The notes under the pieces: generated by a model
What the model was told of the DNA's origin: nothing
Databases searched by the model: none
The model's input: the letters and a program-made list of their open reading frames with translations, nothing else
In this document: positions 29,601 to 42,380 of the stretch, piece after piece
Numbering within the stretch: the first letter of the stretch is position 1
How the letters are laid out: each line of letters begins with the position of its first letter
Made by a program: the position numbers and the translations under genes
Source of the DNA: Tubulanus polymorphus
Taxonomy: Eukaryota > Animalia > Nemertea
DNA length: 64,000 bases
Direction of reading: 5' to 3'
NCBI RefSeq assembly: GCF_964204645.1
Contig: NC_134029.1
Span: 23,802,950-23,866,949, forward strand

Positions 29601-32204
29601 AACTAGATTTTCAAGATTTTCTGGGACAACACCTTAATGGCCCCTTGGTTTTGCATTGACCCCTGTATGCGTCGAGGAAAAACAAATGATTTACTCTCCA
29701 AGATCGATTGCTCCTATTAATGGGGTAATTTTTTAGGAAAATTTATAACTGCAACGAATCCTAGTGACCTGTAAATTTTAAGTTAATTAATATTCATTCT
29801 CCATAAGTTTTAATTTACTATTTCATCAGCTCATGTTCATCTTATACTGATGTAAAGTGCGCTTATTAAAATTTGTAGGAGTGCCCTATATAAGAAAATA
29901 AATCATTATCTATTATAAATTACTGTCTAGTAAGAACAGTGATATGAATATTTACCTGTGTAGTTTTACCGGAGCCAGTTTCACCCGATATCAGCATCAC
30001 TCGATTATTGTTCAACGTCGTCAATATTTCATCCTTCAACGCCATTACGGGTAAAGTCTCACGGAAAACGGTCAGGTCGGATTCACTACGTTTAGGAGGA
30101 ACCTGCGGCACGCCATTATTCAACCGTCCCGTCGTAGTTTTATTCAGCTCTTTGGCGACACCTATATTTAACAACAACAACAACACACTGACTGTAACAT
30201 AACAAACTAACGTATCATCAGTGTCATGGAGAGGTGCAGTGGCCGAATGGTTCAAGCCACCGGTCACTGGTCTCGTCAATCCAGGGTTTATGGGTTCAAA
30301 CCCTGGTGGTAACAGAGTTTGTTGGTCGAAGGTTGTTCTCTAGTCTCTCCCCCATTGGGAAAAGAAACATCGAACCCGCTAATAATGCCCTGTGTGGCGC
30401 TTAGCGGGTTGAGGGTGTAAAAAAAAAAGAAAAAGTTTTCAAGGGCTTTTCAAGGAGAACATTTCAAATTTCGAGTAGTGTCTGCATCACTTTCGCATCT
30501 CAATTACTGGCGACTCGTTTCGGTTATTTTTGGTTTAGAAGGAGTTTTCGAAGAATCGAGGAGTCGTAGAAAATAATGAACAATGTTGCACAGATTTATC
30601 TAAATCCCTCATCTTCACAGAAACAGTTCTCATTACTGTTTCTGTGATGATGAGATTTAGATAAATCTCGTAAATGTCAGAATAATACACTTCAGATAAA
30701 ATCATCAATTGTAGAATTGTTCATTACACTTGCAGACGTCATTAAAATATATCGGTTAACAAATGATGACTTACAATCAGTAATCCCGCGTTCAATTCTC
30801 GGTTGTAAATCCTGGCGTTCTTTGTTCGTCAGAGGGAATCTTTGAACTAACATGTGAATTTGATGTCGGGAATTACGAGCCAGTTGAAACGACGCCGATG
30901 CCTCGACGATTTGACTGCCATCTTTCTTACTAACAGTCAAATATCTGTTACTCCCTTTCCTGAGACAATAAACATAAAATCAGACATTCAGAGAGAGAGA
31001 GAGAGAAGTTTCGATGATTTGATTAAACTGGTTTTGATTGATGAGTGGATGGATGGGGATGGCTCAAGGGTGCCTGCCTTCCCATTGAGTTTTCCCTATT
31101 TGTCAAGACAGGTTTCGTTAACACCTACAAATTTGACACTCATCTTTTCAGCGGGAAATTGCATCTTTGCTTGTGGCCTTCAGCGTGGCTGCATTATTCC
31201 AGATATGCCTATTGATTACGTTGATCCTGTTGATCATCCTCCCCCCGCAGGGATTCGAACCTGATGGCATCGAGATTGCCACGGCACGAAACCCTGCCAT
31301 AATCGACCGTGTGCGCAGATACATGCGCAGTTCAGATGATGTGATTTTTAGCCAATCAGAAATCCCGTTTTATTTTAGCCCGGGTTTACCCATTTATAGT
31401 TCTTCCTTGAAATTTGCCTCAACGATTATACAACGAGCAATCTGATTGGTGCCGCCAGTTTTCGTTCGGAAAGCTGCGCATGTACCTGCGCACCCGGTCT
31501 TCTGATGCAGGGGTTCGTGCCGTGGCTGAGTGTAGCGATGCCATCAGGTTCGAGTCCCTGCAGAGGGAGGATGCCTGTTGATTGGTATGAACTCACCCGT
31601 GACTACGTGATTTCAGGCTGTATTTCGTACACAAACAGTGAATGTACGCTCTTTCTGTCGACGTCAAAGAAGAAGGAAATTCTAATTCTGTAAATAATTC
31701 GCATCGATAAAGTGGCATGATTTTTGTAAATTTAGAAATCGCCCACAATAAATAAGATGTAAAAATAAAATTAACGATAGTATCATTGATTAGGACCCAG
31801 TTCCACAGTTCTGAGTTAAGATTTAACCCCGAGTTTACTAATCGAAAATGAACTAATTCTAACTCAGAGTTAACTCTAACTCACAACTGTGGAGCTGGGT
31901 CCTGGGTTAGACTTAGGTTGAGATTTGAGACCACTTTTGGACTTAAGTCACGACTGCAACTCGGCCCTGGATTTATTGTCTATTTCTAGTTTATTTTTTT
32001 ACCTTTTTGTTCTTCGTTTAGTCGAAAACGTTCTAACGCGATATGAACGGAAATTTTCAGTTCTTCGCCGACGCAAATGTCCGAGATTCTCGGACGTTTA
32101 CCGGTGCTGCGGCCGCTGCTAGCGTTACTCTGTACACTGCTTACACTGGATGGTCGCGGTGACTCGGCGCAGCCTCTCTGCTGCTGCTGCTGCATCATCA
32201 TCAT
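20699..32204 (-). CDS. YTHDC2: 3'-5' RNA helicase YTHDC2 (R3H, DEAH-box helicase with ankyrin insert, HA2, OB, YTH), multi-exon
   Basis: [15 protein letters not shown] (R3H), [26 protein letters not shown], ankyrin exon ~27268-27460, [18 protein letters not shown]...GIW...[14 protein letters not shown]...[20 protein letters not shown]. An additional upstream exon cannot be excluded. Confidence 0.96.
21823..22064. mobile_element. hAT-like MITE (CAGGGTGG...CCACCCTG)
   Basis: Short TIR plus TTCCCTGAC subterminal repeats; related copies at 23950-24229 and ~990-1263. TSD not clearly preserved. Confidence 0.6.
22886..23032. repeat. Foldback element related to the hammerhead-bearing element at 28861
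   Basis: Arms GATAAAAA(A)CCCACT...AGTGGGTTTTTATC shared with 28861-29016; no ribozyme core in this copy. Confidence 0.7.
23950..24229. mobile_element. hAT-like MITE, second copy
   Basis: CAGGGTGACGCCAC...GTGGCGACCCTG ends; internal similarity to 21823-22064. Confidence 0.6.
24598..24696. mobile_element. MITE family H copy
   Basis: GGACCCAGTTCCACAG...CTGTGGAACTGGACCC with CAG flanks. Confidence 0.8.
26889..26991. mobile_element. MITE family H copy
   Basis: GGATCCAGTTCCACAG...CTGCGGAGCTGGGTCC. Confidence 0.75.
27655..27793. mobile_element. Related Harbinger-like palindromic MITE
   Basis: GGGGCCGGTTCCATAGTC...GACTATGGAACCGGCCCC with CAG flanks; relatives near 23411, 31906 and 61231. Confidence 0.75.
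28938..28979 (-). ncRNA. Minimal type I hammerhead ribozyme (Penelope-like) within foldback element 28861-29016
   Basis: Minus strand ACGC-CUGACGA-U-GAUCUC(CAGGGU)GAGAUC-GAA-ACGU-C-GUGU: intact core, 6-bp stem II, palindromic ACGU in place of stem III, 4-bp stem I. Confidence 0.75.
30229..30434 (+). mobile_element. tRNA-derived SINE, copy 2 (YTHDC2 intron)
   Basis: Same A-box/B-box, body and A-tail as 2949-3143. Confidence 0.8.
31235..31573. mobile_element. Long-TIR MITE with 9-bp TSD (Mutator-like)
   Basis: CCTGTTGAT directly repeated at 31226-31234 and 31574-31582; ~100-bp imperfect TIRs starting CATCCTCCC. Confidence 0.8.
31793..31901. mobile_element. MITE family H copy
   Basis: GGACCCAGTTCCACAG...CTGTGGAGCTGGGTCC. 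Confidence 0.8.
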
Positions 32205-32286
32205 CACTGGAATTAAACAACATGAAATTCTGAAAATCTTCGAATCAATTGTTCTATCTTTGGTTGTCCGTGTCATAGTCAGTAAC

Positions 32287-32575
32287 TAGTTAGTTACCTA
32301 ATCGTTGGTAATTTTCACAAACCACATATCTGTTGGTATAAGCCCATCCGATTATAAAAAGCTTACCGCCAACAATTAGGTTACTAACTATCCCTGTCAG
32401 TGATTGCATGAATAACCAGGCAAACTGTAGTTTTTCTTCAACTTGTTTAGCTTGGTAACAACTAGTTAGTTACCTAATCGTTGGCGGTAAGCTTTTTATA
32501 ATCGGATGGGCTTATAGGCCTACCAACAGATATGTGGTTTGTGAAAATATCCGATTGTGAAACGACAACCAGACA
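32287..32575. repeat. Two oppositely oriented copies of repeat family R upstream of the first recognisable YTHDC2 coding exon
   Basis: 32287-32395 and 32463-32575 match family R. Confidence 0.75.
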
Positions 32576-33810
32576 GGTTATTGACTAGGTAACAACGGCC
32601 CTGGCCTAGATGCTAGCATAAACCAGGGCAAGCAAATTGGGCCAGCCCAGAGCCAAAGGCAGAGCAGGAGGTCAGGGGCACGAACGTCAAAACTGTGCAG
32701 TCAAAAGACAAGACAAGTCAGTGCAAAAAACGGAAAATTTCACCCGTCCCAAGCCCGTTCTGTTGTCAGGAAAATAAACTACTATTCTATGAAGCATTCT
32801 CAGTGGCTATTGAATAAGTAATGCATGCTAACAGGTAACTTTAGGGGAAATTCTACCTTCAGGACATTTCTATCTATTTTGGAAATTTCATGTATTTGGA
32901 AACTGGTTAATTAAACTGCAGTAGTGCAGCATGTTCCGTGAGAGGACCAAGTCCCAATGTAAAATGAAAAGTTTGCATTTTATAGACGAAATGTCGAAAG
33001 TAACTGAACTCGATTGTTTTACTATATACACTGAAAATAATGTTAAGAACATGTCAATAATCTAAATTTATTCGTAATTTGATTATAAGATATAAGATAT
33101 CGTCAAATCGAAACATTAGATGTAATGAAGATCGGACCAAGAGAATACAGAACAGCTATCGATCGAAAATTAAGGCCGTGAATGTATCTTTTGGTGCCAT
33201 TCACTAACCCAACCGTACGAAATATTCCAAAAGCTTTAAATGTGAAGACTTGTGTTGGTGTGAATTTTTAAATGAAGAGCTATCGGTCGGTATAGATTAT
33301 GAATTATTCTAAGATTTAAGAACAAAAAACAGGTGGCGCCTAAATTAGGTGGGGAGCTGTTGGGAATCAAGTAATTTATTTTCATGGCCTTTTCTAAAGT
33401 TCCACGTTAATGTTCAGCTGGCTACTGGCGCGTATTCAACTGGGCAGTAGAACCTTTTCATTCAACAATAGAGACACAATTGCGGTTTTTCAGAGTTATT
33501 GATATCATTTATACGCGCCATTGAATACGTCACCGGCTGACCACGGTGTACACAAGCATAGACCATTCACCTCTGCACACTCACACTGTGAACATGCTAC
33601 CGTGGATTCTCCTCCTGGCGATTTTCGCTGCGCTCCCGCTCCTGCTCCTGTTCCTGCTTCCTGAGGAACGACGTCTTTATGTTTTATGTGTTACTGTTCG
33701 TCTCCGTGCTGTCCTGTACTGTTCCGTGTTTATTAATCCATTCTATTTTTCAGGTTCTAATCCGTTTAATTTTTCAGGGCCGATTTCTCTGTCGAATTTC
33801 AACGTTTGCT

Positions 33811-34045
33811 GGAACAAAACTAATGTCCGAAAGCGTCAGCTCTCCTTCGCCGGTCATGTGTCGAGGATGTCAGACAAAGAGTCGGTCAGGAAATTCTGCC
33901 CTCTTCACGCCCTCATACGGAACACGAAAACCAGGATGACGAGGCCTCACTGCCCCCACCTATCTACAAAGTGTGCTGAGTGATGTCAATGACGGGCATA
34001 TCTGCGGGATTGCGCGGGATACAAATGGAGCGGTTATACTGGATT
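33811..34045 (+). mobile_element. Degenerate RTE-type LINE ORF2 C-terminal fragment (left arm of foldback)
   Basis: Translates RKRQLSFAGHVSRM...ALFTPSYGTRKPG, like the RQLxWxGHVxRM...GxRxRGRP tail of RTE-clade elements; frameshifted. Confidence 0.6.
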
Positions 34046-34322
34046 GTCACGCTACTAGCATTCATTGTGTCCTTGTGACCGCCCGGATGAGGGATGATTC
34101 TACTGTCACGCTCTTTGTTTCTGGTATTCTGAGTCGGCTGAGGGATGATTCTACTGTCACGCTCTTTGATTTCTAGTTTGAGTACTAGTTTTCATTGTGT
34201 CCTTGTGACAACCTCGGTCAGTGGATGAAGTCTCTCGTCGGCTTGTGAGTGCTAGTTTCATTGTGTCCTTGTGACAACCTCGGTCAGTGGATGAAGTCTC
34301 TTGTCACGCTTTTGAGTGCTAG
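34045..34322. repeat. ~60-bp tandem repeat (4-5 diverged units) in foldback loop
   Basis: Recurrent TTCATTGTGTCCTTGTGAC...GGATGA...GTCACGCT units. Confidence 0.75.
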
Positions 34323-34344
34323 TTGAGATCCTGAATCTCAACCC

Positions 34345-34586
34345 GGTCAAGCTGGTTGTACTGCGCTATTTGTGTTTCGTGCAATTTTACAGGTGTGTCA
34401 GTTACTGACGTCGCCCAGTACATCCTGCAGTTAGATGGGGAATGTGAGGCGTTGTCATTCTGGTTTTCGCGTTCTGTGTGAGGGCGTGTAGAGGGCAGTA
34501 TATTCCTGGCTGGCTCATTGTCTGGTGTTCTCGGCATGTGACCGGCGACGGAGAGCTGAAAAGCTTTCAGACGTTAGTTTTGTTCC
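34345..34586 (-). mobile_element. Inverted second copy of the RTE fragment (right arm of foldback)
   Basis: Reverse complement aligns nearly without gaps to 33811-34045. Confidence 0.7.
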
Positions 34587-37500
34587 GTACCAGGTTTTCA
34601 TCGCTCTTCTCTTTTTTTCATTTCAGGACTCCCAAGATGAAGAAGATGCTGAAGGTGACTACAACGAAGACGATGCCAAAAAAGAACACTGAACTCAGCA
34701 ATATTGAAAGTTAAGTTGATACACATGTAAATTACGATGCATGATACGGAAAGGATTGTGTAACTACAGAATAGCATTCTTTTACTCATTTCAGGTTAAT
34801 CCGGAAAGGCCCATCTAAAAACTGCCCACCAGAAGTGACCACAAAAGACTCCACCTTGAAGTACCACCAAACACCGAAAGACCTGCCGCAACCGAAGCTG
34901 GCAGTCTTGACCTCATCCTGCATGGCAACAGGAGTACATACATAAAGCTAAGTTGATTTTTCATATCTGGGGTAGAATGCATAGGCGCTGGTCAAGCTCA
35001 CCATCTCCGCACTACTTTATTGAAGCTCTGTGGCCGGTAGTGAATTGAAATATAGCTAGGCAATGATTGCTTGAATATTTACAATATTAGACGAAATGAT
35101 TGAGTGAGGTCCCTTAAATATTCTTTGGTCTGATGATTAAAATGTAGATTGGTCAGTTATTGATTAAAAGATTTTGTAAGTACGTACAAGTAAGGTAAAT
35201 TCAATATCTTATGTGACATTTGAAATTATTCGAATGTACCGTAGATATTTCAGGCCTCATATGACTATTGTTTAACTGACAATCAAGATATAGATAGGAC
35301 AATTTACTAATTAGCAATTCAATATCTTGTAATGTTTGATGAGACATTCTTTTGGTGTAGATATTTCAAGGCCCCATATACATTTAGGCTGGCTTTACGT
35401 AAAGATATATCAATTAAACTTTATCATCGGTTAATAGATTTTTCTTTACAAATAATATATTGATAAATTTATAAAGATTGAGGCCATACTTTATAGTATA
35501 CACTGTGTGCTGCCTCACACATAACAGTAATGAATTTCATAAGATAGTGTCCAGGGCTCTATCGAGGTCTGGTGTTATATGGGGAAAACTTTGGACTACG
35601 GGTCTTTATGAAACAGTGATTTGGTCGCAACACTTTGATAAATCCAGAATAAACCAAAGCTTTAATTGATTTAATTCATTCCTGAAACACTGCGTCTTGT
35701 TTTGGGCGATATATGTTTTGGATGATAATTGTTGTTTGACTGACATACAGCCAGGAAAAATGGCTTAGATATTCACAATTAAGATGAATTCAATATTTGA
35801 TGTTAGATCAAAAACTTTTTATATCATAAATATTTATTGAAATATAGCTGAAATATATAATATATTGAGCACATCTATAAGTGAATCGGTCTCATTGACT
35901 GATTAGTTCTGTATCGCCAACTGCTGCGCTTACGATGACTAGCCATGCTTTTCATTATTGGCAAAATTTACTCAAACCTAACTGATTCAATTAATATCTA
36001 AAAGCCATACTGTGTGTCAAGTGACGCATATTAGATATAGTTTAACTGAAAATTAGAATCTAAGATGAATTACTCATTAGCGTTTTACTTAGATCGATTA
36101 AGGTTAATTCAATTGTTATGTGAAATTATTTCTAATTCCATGGACATTTAAAATGTAGCTGATACATGTGTATCTGAGCACATTTATTTATCTGTATCTA
36201 AGTGAACCTATGGTGTCTTCATACAGCTGTATTAGTTTTGATACATATTGCCAAAATCATTTAACGCAGATTTACTTCTGATCGAATCTGTGCACAAATA
36301 CATTCCTGGATTTGGAAGGGGGAATATTTCAATTTCACTGTGTATGTCAGATTGAAAGCCTTATTCTGACAGGATATCCTAAACTTAGGTCTTATTCCTC
36401 TTGCTAATAGCTCTCTTTTTCTAACCCCTCTCCTTCAAACTATTTTCTAGCATCATGACTCGCACCGCACCAGGGAGGTCCGGTCATAACAAGGTCTTTT
36501 GGTCCTTATACACAGTGTACTATATAAGGGAAATAAAGATTATATAGCCATTCGGCTAAGGGAATTTCACCACTAAAAATATGTTTTTTTATTTTTAATT
36601 TCTGATGAATTCAAATAGTGACGAATTCACCACATCTGAAATTCTACTCATGTAGATTTTCAGGCTCCATATAAATATTGTTCAACTGACAATTAAAATA
36701 TAGCTAGTATGATTACTAATTAATGGTTCGCTTAAATACCTAGAATTTAATTAAAATTAATTCAATGTAATGAATATAAGTGAAACTTATTCAAAATTGC
36801 ACAGTGGATGAGACGACTGTATCGTGCAATGTCGTCTGCGTCTAACCGGGCCACATGTGTGTGTGTGTGGGATCTGTTGAATCAGTTAGGTTTTGGGGGA
36901 TTCTGGGTTAGTTAAGCTAGGTATCAAAAGCTCTGATGCAAAATTAGCAGTTCAAATAGTGATTAATTCAAATTCGTACCGGATCTGAAATTCTTCTCAT
37001 TAGTTATATTATCATAATTACAAAATCATTGTATATGTTAGGAGCAATATTTAGAATTAATGAAATGGATTAGAATACCATTCACTGGGTACAGATGTCG
37101 CCATCTGTGGGTAGAAAACATCTCTTAAGTTTAATAACTGACGATGAAGTAAATTTGATGATACGAACATGGTTTAGCTGACAATCGAAATATATATATG
37201 CTAATATTACTAGCAGGTTTGCACTGTATGATGGGCCTGGGTTTCAATAAAAGACACATCAAGAATTTCAAGAAGATAGAAGAGAAAACAGTTCAAAAAC
37301 GATTTGATAAGATTGATTATGCATTACTAAATTTGTTGTAACTCTGGTATTCCTAGAGATGACTATAGATGCTTTAGTTGAATTGTTGTTAAACTATAAT
37401 AATCAACCATTGCTTAGATATTTAGAATATAGATGAATTACTATATGAGTTGAATTTCATAAATATCATTTAAGACTATTACTGAAATCTATGTATCGAT

Positions 37501-37721
37501 CTACATTGCTGATCTTATATATGAATTGACATGATAATTATGATCAGTGATATTCGAAAGGATTTTCTGCTCAAAAGGTTCTGATCTTTTCTTCAGCTTG
37601 CCGTTTCAGACTGATTGGAAGATAGTTTGAATGAACCGGAATCGAAATTCCCAATTATGTACTTCGATTCCAGACATAATCGAGAAAAACTTTAACAATA
37701 AACTTTAAAGAATTAGACAAA

Positions 37722-38400
37722 TTTAAACGGTGAAAATGACAAAAAAATTAAAGTTAGACAAAATTCTCCCACCTTGTAAACTTTCGGACTAGTTACATGA
37801 AAAAAAGACCAAATATTGTAGAATATTGTTATTTCCAAAATCTCGATGTCTTAAATTAGGCAGAAAAAAAATAGATAAAATTATTCAACCTTGTAAACTT
37901 TCGGATAGTTACATGAAAAAAAGATCAAATATTGTAAAATATAGTTATTTCCATAATTTCGATGTTTTAAATTAGGCAGAAAAAAAATAGATAAAATTAT
38001 TCAACCTTGTAAACTTTCGGACTAGTTACATGAAAAAAAGACCAAATATTGTAAAATATAGTTATTTCCAAAATCTCGATGTATCAAATTAGGCAGAAAA
38101 AAAATAGATAAAATTATTAAACCTTGTAAACTTTCGGACTAGTTACATAAAAAAAGACCAAATATTGTAAAATATAGTTATTTCCAAAATCTTGATGTAT
38201 TAAATTAGGCAGAAAAAAAGTTAACCCAAATCAGTCACTTAATATGTGCTTCGACTATTTAAACGGTGAAAACGACCAAAAAATTTGAAGTTAGACAAAA
38301 TTATTAAACATTGTAAACTTTCGGACTAGTTACATAACAAAAGAAAAAATATTGTAAAATTATCTTCACCCTTGTAATATAGTTATTTCCAAAATCAGAA
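37722..38400. repeat. ~117-bp tandem repeat array (about 4 units plus a degenerate fifth)
   Basis: CCTTGTAAACTTTCGGA(C)TAGTTAC recurs at 37772, 37889, 38005, 38122 and ~38310; detached copy at 42727-42870. Confidence 0.9.
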
Positions 38401-41039
38401 TTAGGCTGAATAAAAGATTGTTTGAATGAACCGGAACCGAATTACCAATTATGTTCTGGGACTTAAAAAAAAAAGATCTGTAAAAACGACCGACGATCAC
38501 GCAAGTATATCTGTACTTCGATTTCTGATTTTGAAAAAAACCGCCGTTTCGCTCCCGGCAGGTGTGGTAGGTTTGTAAGGGACGCCAACTCGAAAAGTCA
38601 AACGAGAGTTTGAGGTCAACAACTCATCAAAAATCTGCCGATTAGAGAACAGTGCACAGAAACCAACCGACTTAGGAGATCCTCGTCAATGATGAAACCA
38701 GCAATCATAAAAGGTAACTTGATATACATGGAGTTATTACGATGATTTCTAAATGTCGTGATTACAAGATATATTTATTTACTCATTGCAGCTAAGTTTC
38801 AACTATTAGAAAGAGACCAGCTTAAAATCAACTACTCATCTGAAATCTACGGATTTGAACAACCCACAGAAGAATCAAACTCATTAGATGGAAATTACCG
38901 GTATATAGAAATTTCAGGCCTCATATGATTATCATTTGATAAGTAATTATCATCGAAATCTATTTACCTGTCCACATGGCTGATCTTAGAACTTTTATCT
39001 TTACTAGTCTTACACCTTGGAGTAATGAATTTTTCAAATGATTTCTCCAAGCTTAAACATTAATGAACTAGTCCTACTACTGCAATTGTTTATTGGGGTT
39101 TAAATCGGCAATTGACGTCAATGAACCTAATTCTGATTTTGGAAATAACTATATTAACTAAGTGAAAAACACGGTGGCTTGTAATTTGAAATGACATGTA
39201 AGTTATGATAAATCTGTCTAAAATGTTTTGCTTTCTTCACTTTGTTTCAGTCAAACTACATCCCGGAAATAATGGCCTGAAGAAGACACAAGTAGACAAA
39301 TACCCATGGACCCATTTGCTGATGAAAACTGCCGAAGCCCAGATGAGAAGTTTAGGAGCCAGCGACGGATTAATCACTCAACGATGGAATCTTCTACAAT
39401 CGGTGGTTGATTTCTATAAAACATTTTATCAGGAGCAGCAGAGATGATAGTGTATCTTATAAACACTGATCCGCGCAGCAAAGACAATGGATTATCTTAT
39501 AAAATCTGATTCAGGATAAACACCGAAGCAGCAAAGACAATGGTTTATCTCATGAACACTGAGATCTAGCAGCGGCAAAGACCTCTGTAGTAAAGTATTG
39601 ATTTTTTTACTAATATCACCCTTTTTCAGACCAGTCTGATAGGTAACATAGTTTAAAATATTTACCTGATTGCGTGGAATGGAGTATGAAAATAGTTGTT
39701 GAGTCGAATATTGAAAATAGTTAGATAATTAGTTAGATAATTAGGTTCCTTCAGCCTGAGAAAGGTTTGAATATTTCAATATAGAGAAAACTATTTTATA
39801 ATGAGTTAGTAAAAAGATGTGTCATGTGTTTTGCAATGTGACAGAAAAATCCTTCTTAGAGTGTAATAAAAGCTAAGCTCCATTAATTCACGATATTGGT
39901 CTTTGATCTTTGGTTGATAGATAAGTCGAGTTAGGTTAGGTTGATATTTTCGAAGGCCCGTGTAACCAATTTGAGAAATGAATCATATATGTCGATTTTC
40001 ACATGGAGTTTTAACTTTGAGCCTCCATCAATCTGTTCGATGCTACGTATTTGAAAGCAAAAGCTTTATCTAAAAGGAGACCATTATTTACATTTGAGAG
40101 GTAAAGCTAAAGTTAAAGCTAGGACTAATTTTGAACGTTTCAACATTGTTTATAGCTGTTTGAACTTCTTTTATTGTAATGGGTAAATCGTTTAAACGAG
40201 ATGGCTCTCGTGAGTTATCACTTAGCTTCAAATCGGGTGTATAATGATTATTAAGAAGCGGCAGTGAATAAGTAGTGCTTTTTTAAAATGGGCCCAGAAC
40301 TTTACTGTGAAAAAATGCCTGCAGTTGTAAATAGAGGAGTATAAATAATACATGATACAAAATACAAGTACATGAATAAATAAGAAAAACCAATAAATGA
40401 AAAATTATAAATAATAGATAGTAAATAATACAAAATACAAGTTCATAAATAAATGAATAATATTTTTAAAAAAAATAGATATAACAATAAGCAACAATAC
40501 AAACAAACAACAAATTAATACTCTATTTACATGAAAAGGCATTTTTTCAAATATTTATCGAAAAGGTTTTCTCATTTATCGAACAACCTTCCCTAAGTAT
40601 AGCGAACACCCGAGATCTTTTCTGTTGTTGATTTTAAGCATTCTATCAACTCAGTTATTGTAATAAACAAAACAAATAACCATAAACCTTAACTTAATCA
40701 AACACACTAAAAAAATATCTGTTTCGATAGAATGCTTCTAATAACTGATGAAAGATCATGCGTCCATTTACCTATATATCACACCCTATCACTACTGTAA
40801 CTGTTAATTGTTTTAGGGATAATATCTGGGACATTTTATTCTTTTTTAGAAAGAATGTTGAACAGCCATAAACGTGATTAGTTATCGTTAGTAAAATTAT
40901 TGTCATGTTTTCCCTGAAATAACGTTGTATTAAATGAGCGAACTGATAATGTTTGAAAATCTCAGGCAAAGTTAGAAAAACTCTAGTTATCTTGTAAAAC
41001 TCTAGTTATCTTAAAAATAATTTTAATGAAAATGAAAAT

Positions 41040-42380
41040 AAAGATTGATTAGCTAATCTCAAGCTTTCCAGAGTTAATATTTAGGTTTATCTCTGATTTT
41101 AATGCTTTTATGTTGAACTGTTTTTTTTTTTCAAATACAGTTCACCCATTGGTTAACGAAGAACTGATAATTCCTCGAATCCAAAGTAAAGTTTGCAACA
41201 TTTCAGTTTTCTTGTAAAAATAATGTTAATGAAATGAAATTAAGACTAATTAATTGATACTAAGATTTCCAGAGTGAATCTGATTTTCTCATTTCTAGTT
41301 TTAATGCTTTTATGTTAGAGACTGTTATTGTAACACAGTTTGCATGTTTGGAAATTAGGAACATGCATGATGATTCCTCGATTAAGATATTATTGTTGTG
41401 TGAATAAAACGATGTACATTTTCATCATTCGTGTTGAAACATTTCAGTTGTTAAGTTTTATAGCAACAATTTCACCTGGTTTTGATGTTTTTATATTGGA
41501 TACTGTTTTTTGAAATACAGGTCATGTTTTTGTAAATGACCGAGGCACTTCCTCAAGTACATAAATACTTATCATTTAGGTATAACTATTGTTGTGGGGA
41601 TAAAACGACATGTTCATGTCAATCGTTCATATAACACTGATTCAATTAGGCCCTAATCGATTCTAGTTGAGCTTTTTCTTGATAATTAAATGTCATTTGA
41701 AAAGTTGACATGATAGATGCATATTTCATGAAATATAACTAAGTGCGGTTATATTGACCTCATGAATTGTCAAATTCATAATCTTAGACTTTCAGACTAG
41801 TCCAATTTTCGGTGTTTTATGGATCAAAGTTTACAATTGTGTATTTTTGTTATTTTTCTATTGATGCAAATTGTATAAATCAGCTGTAGTGGAAATGTAT
41901 CATATATAAAGACTTATAAATACCTTACATGTAACTTTTGTGGTTTTTTAAAGTTAGTACAATTTCATACATAGTAATAGAAATACAATTACTATTAAAA
42001 TTTGAGAAAATAGGCTAAAAGTTAACAATTTGATATGTGAAAATAAAATGATGTAAAAATGTAAATCAGATTGATAACTTAATCTTACGCTTTCCAGAGT
42101 ATTTGGTCAGGTTTATCTCTGGTTTTAGTGCGGGGGCCATGGGCAATTGAGTCCATGGTTGGGCCATAAGACTTTTTTGTTTTAGAGTATATGGTTGCAC
42201 CATGGGCGTATAAACTCTCATATATAGTTTATATGGTGGTTGGACTAGTTGTTTTTTGAAAGTCCACGTGTTTGAGGAGCTTACATTATAATTCCTCGAG
42301 CACTCCTGGTATTGATTGATTGATTTTGTATGATTGTTGTATGAGAATAAATATGATTGATTTTGAAATTTGTTAAGTTT
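41040..42380. repeat. Highly diverged ~200-bp repeated units
   Basis: Recurrent TTTCCAGAGT...TTTTAATGCTTTTATGTT...ACTGTTTTTT...ATTCCTCG blocks (~41060, 41265, 41480, 42090). Confidence 0.5.

Larger units (their letters stand above)
33540..40400 (+). ncRNA. Putative spliced long non-coding transcript divergent from YTHDC2
   Basis: + strand polypyrimidine-AG acceptors followed by exon-like blocks (~33754, 34627, 34795, 38792, 39251), GT donors (~38714, ~38901) and AATAAA cluster ~40376-40395; no coherent reading frame. Boundaries are approximate. Confidence 0.3.

Noticed and set aside
30593-30667. Palindrome containing TGATGA, considered as a hammerhead or snoRNA
   Set aside because: No CUGANGA/GAAA core arrangement or terminal D box; simple foldback remnant.
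37093-37110. CTCF-like motif (CCCACAGATGGCGAC on - strand)
   Set aside because: Single imperfect short match; cannot be supported from sequence alone.
37722-38400. CRISPR-like array
   Set aside because: Eukaryotic context; whole units repeat with no unique spacers.
39205-39447. 80-aa ORF in accessory block
   Set aside because: Begins in intron-like sequence, has no recognisable domain, and could not be joined into a longer frame.
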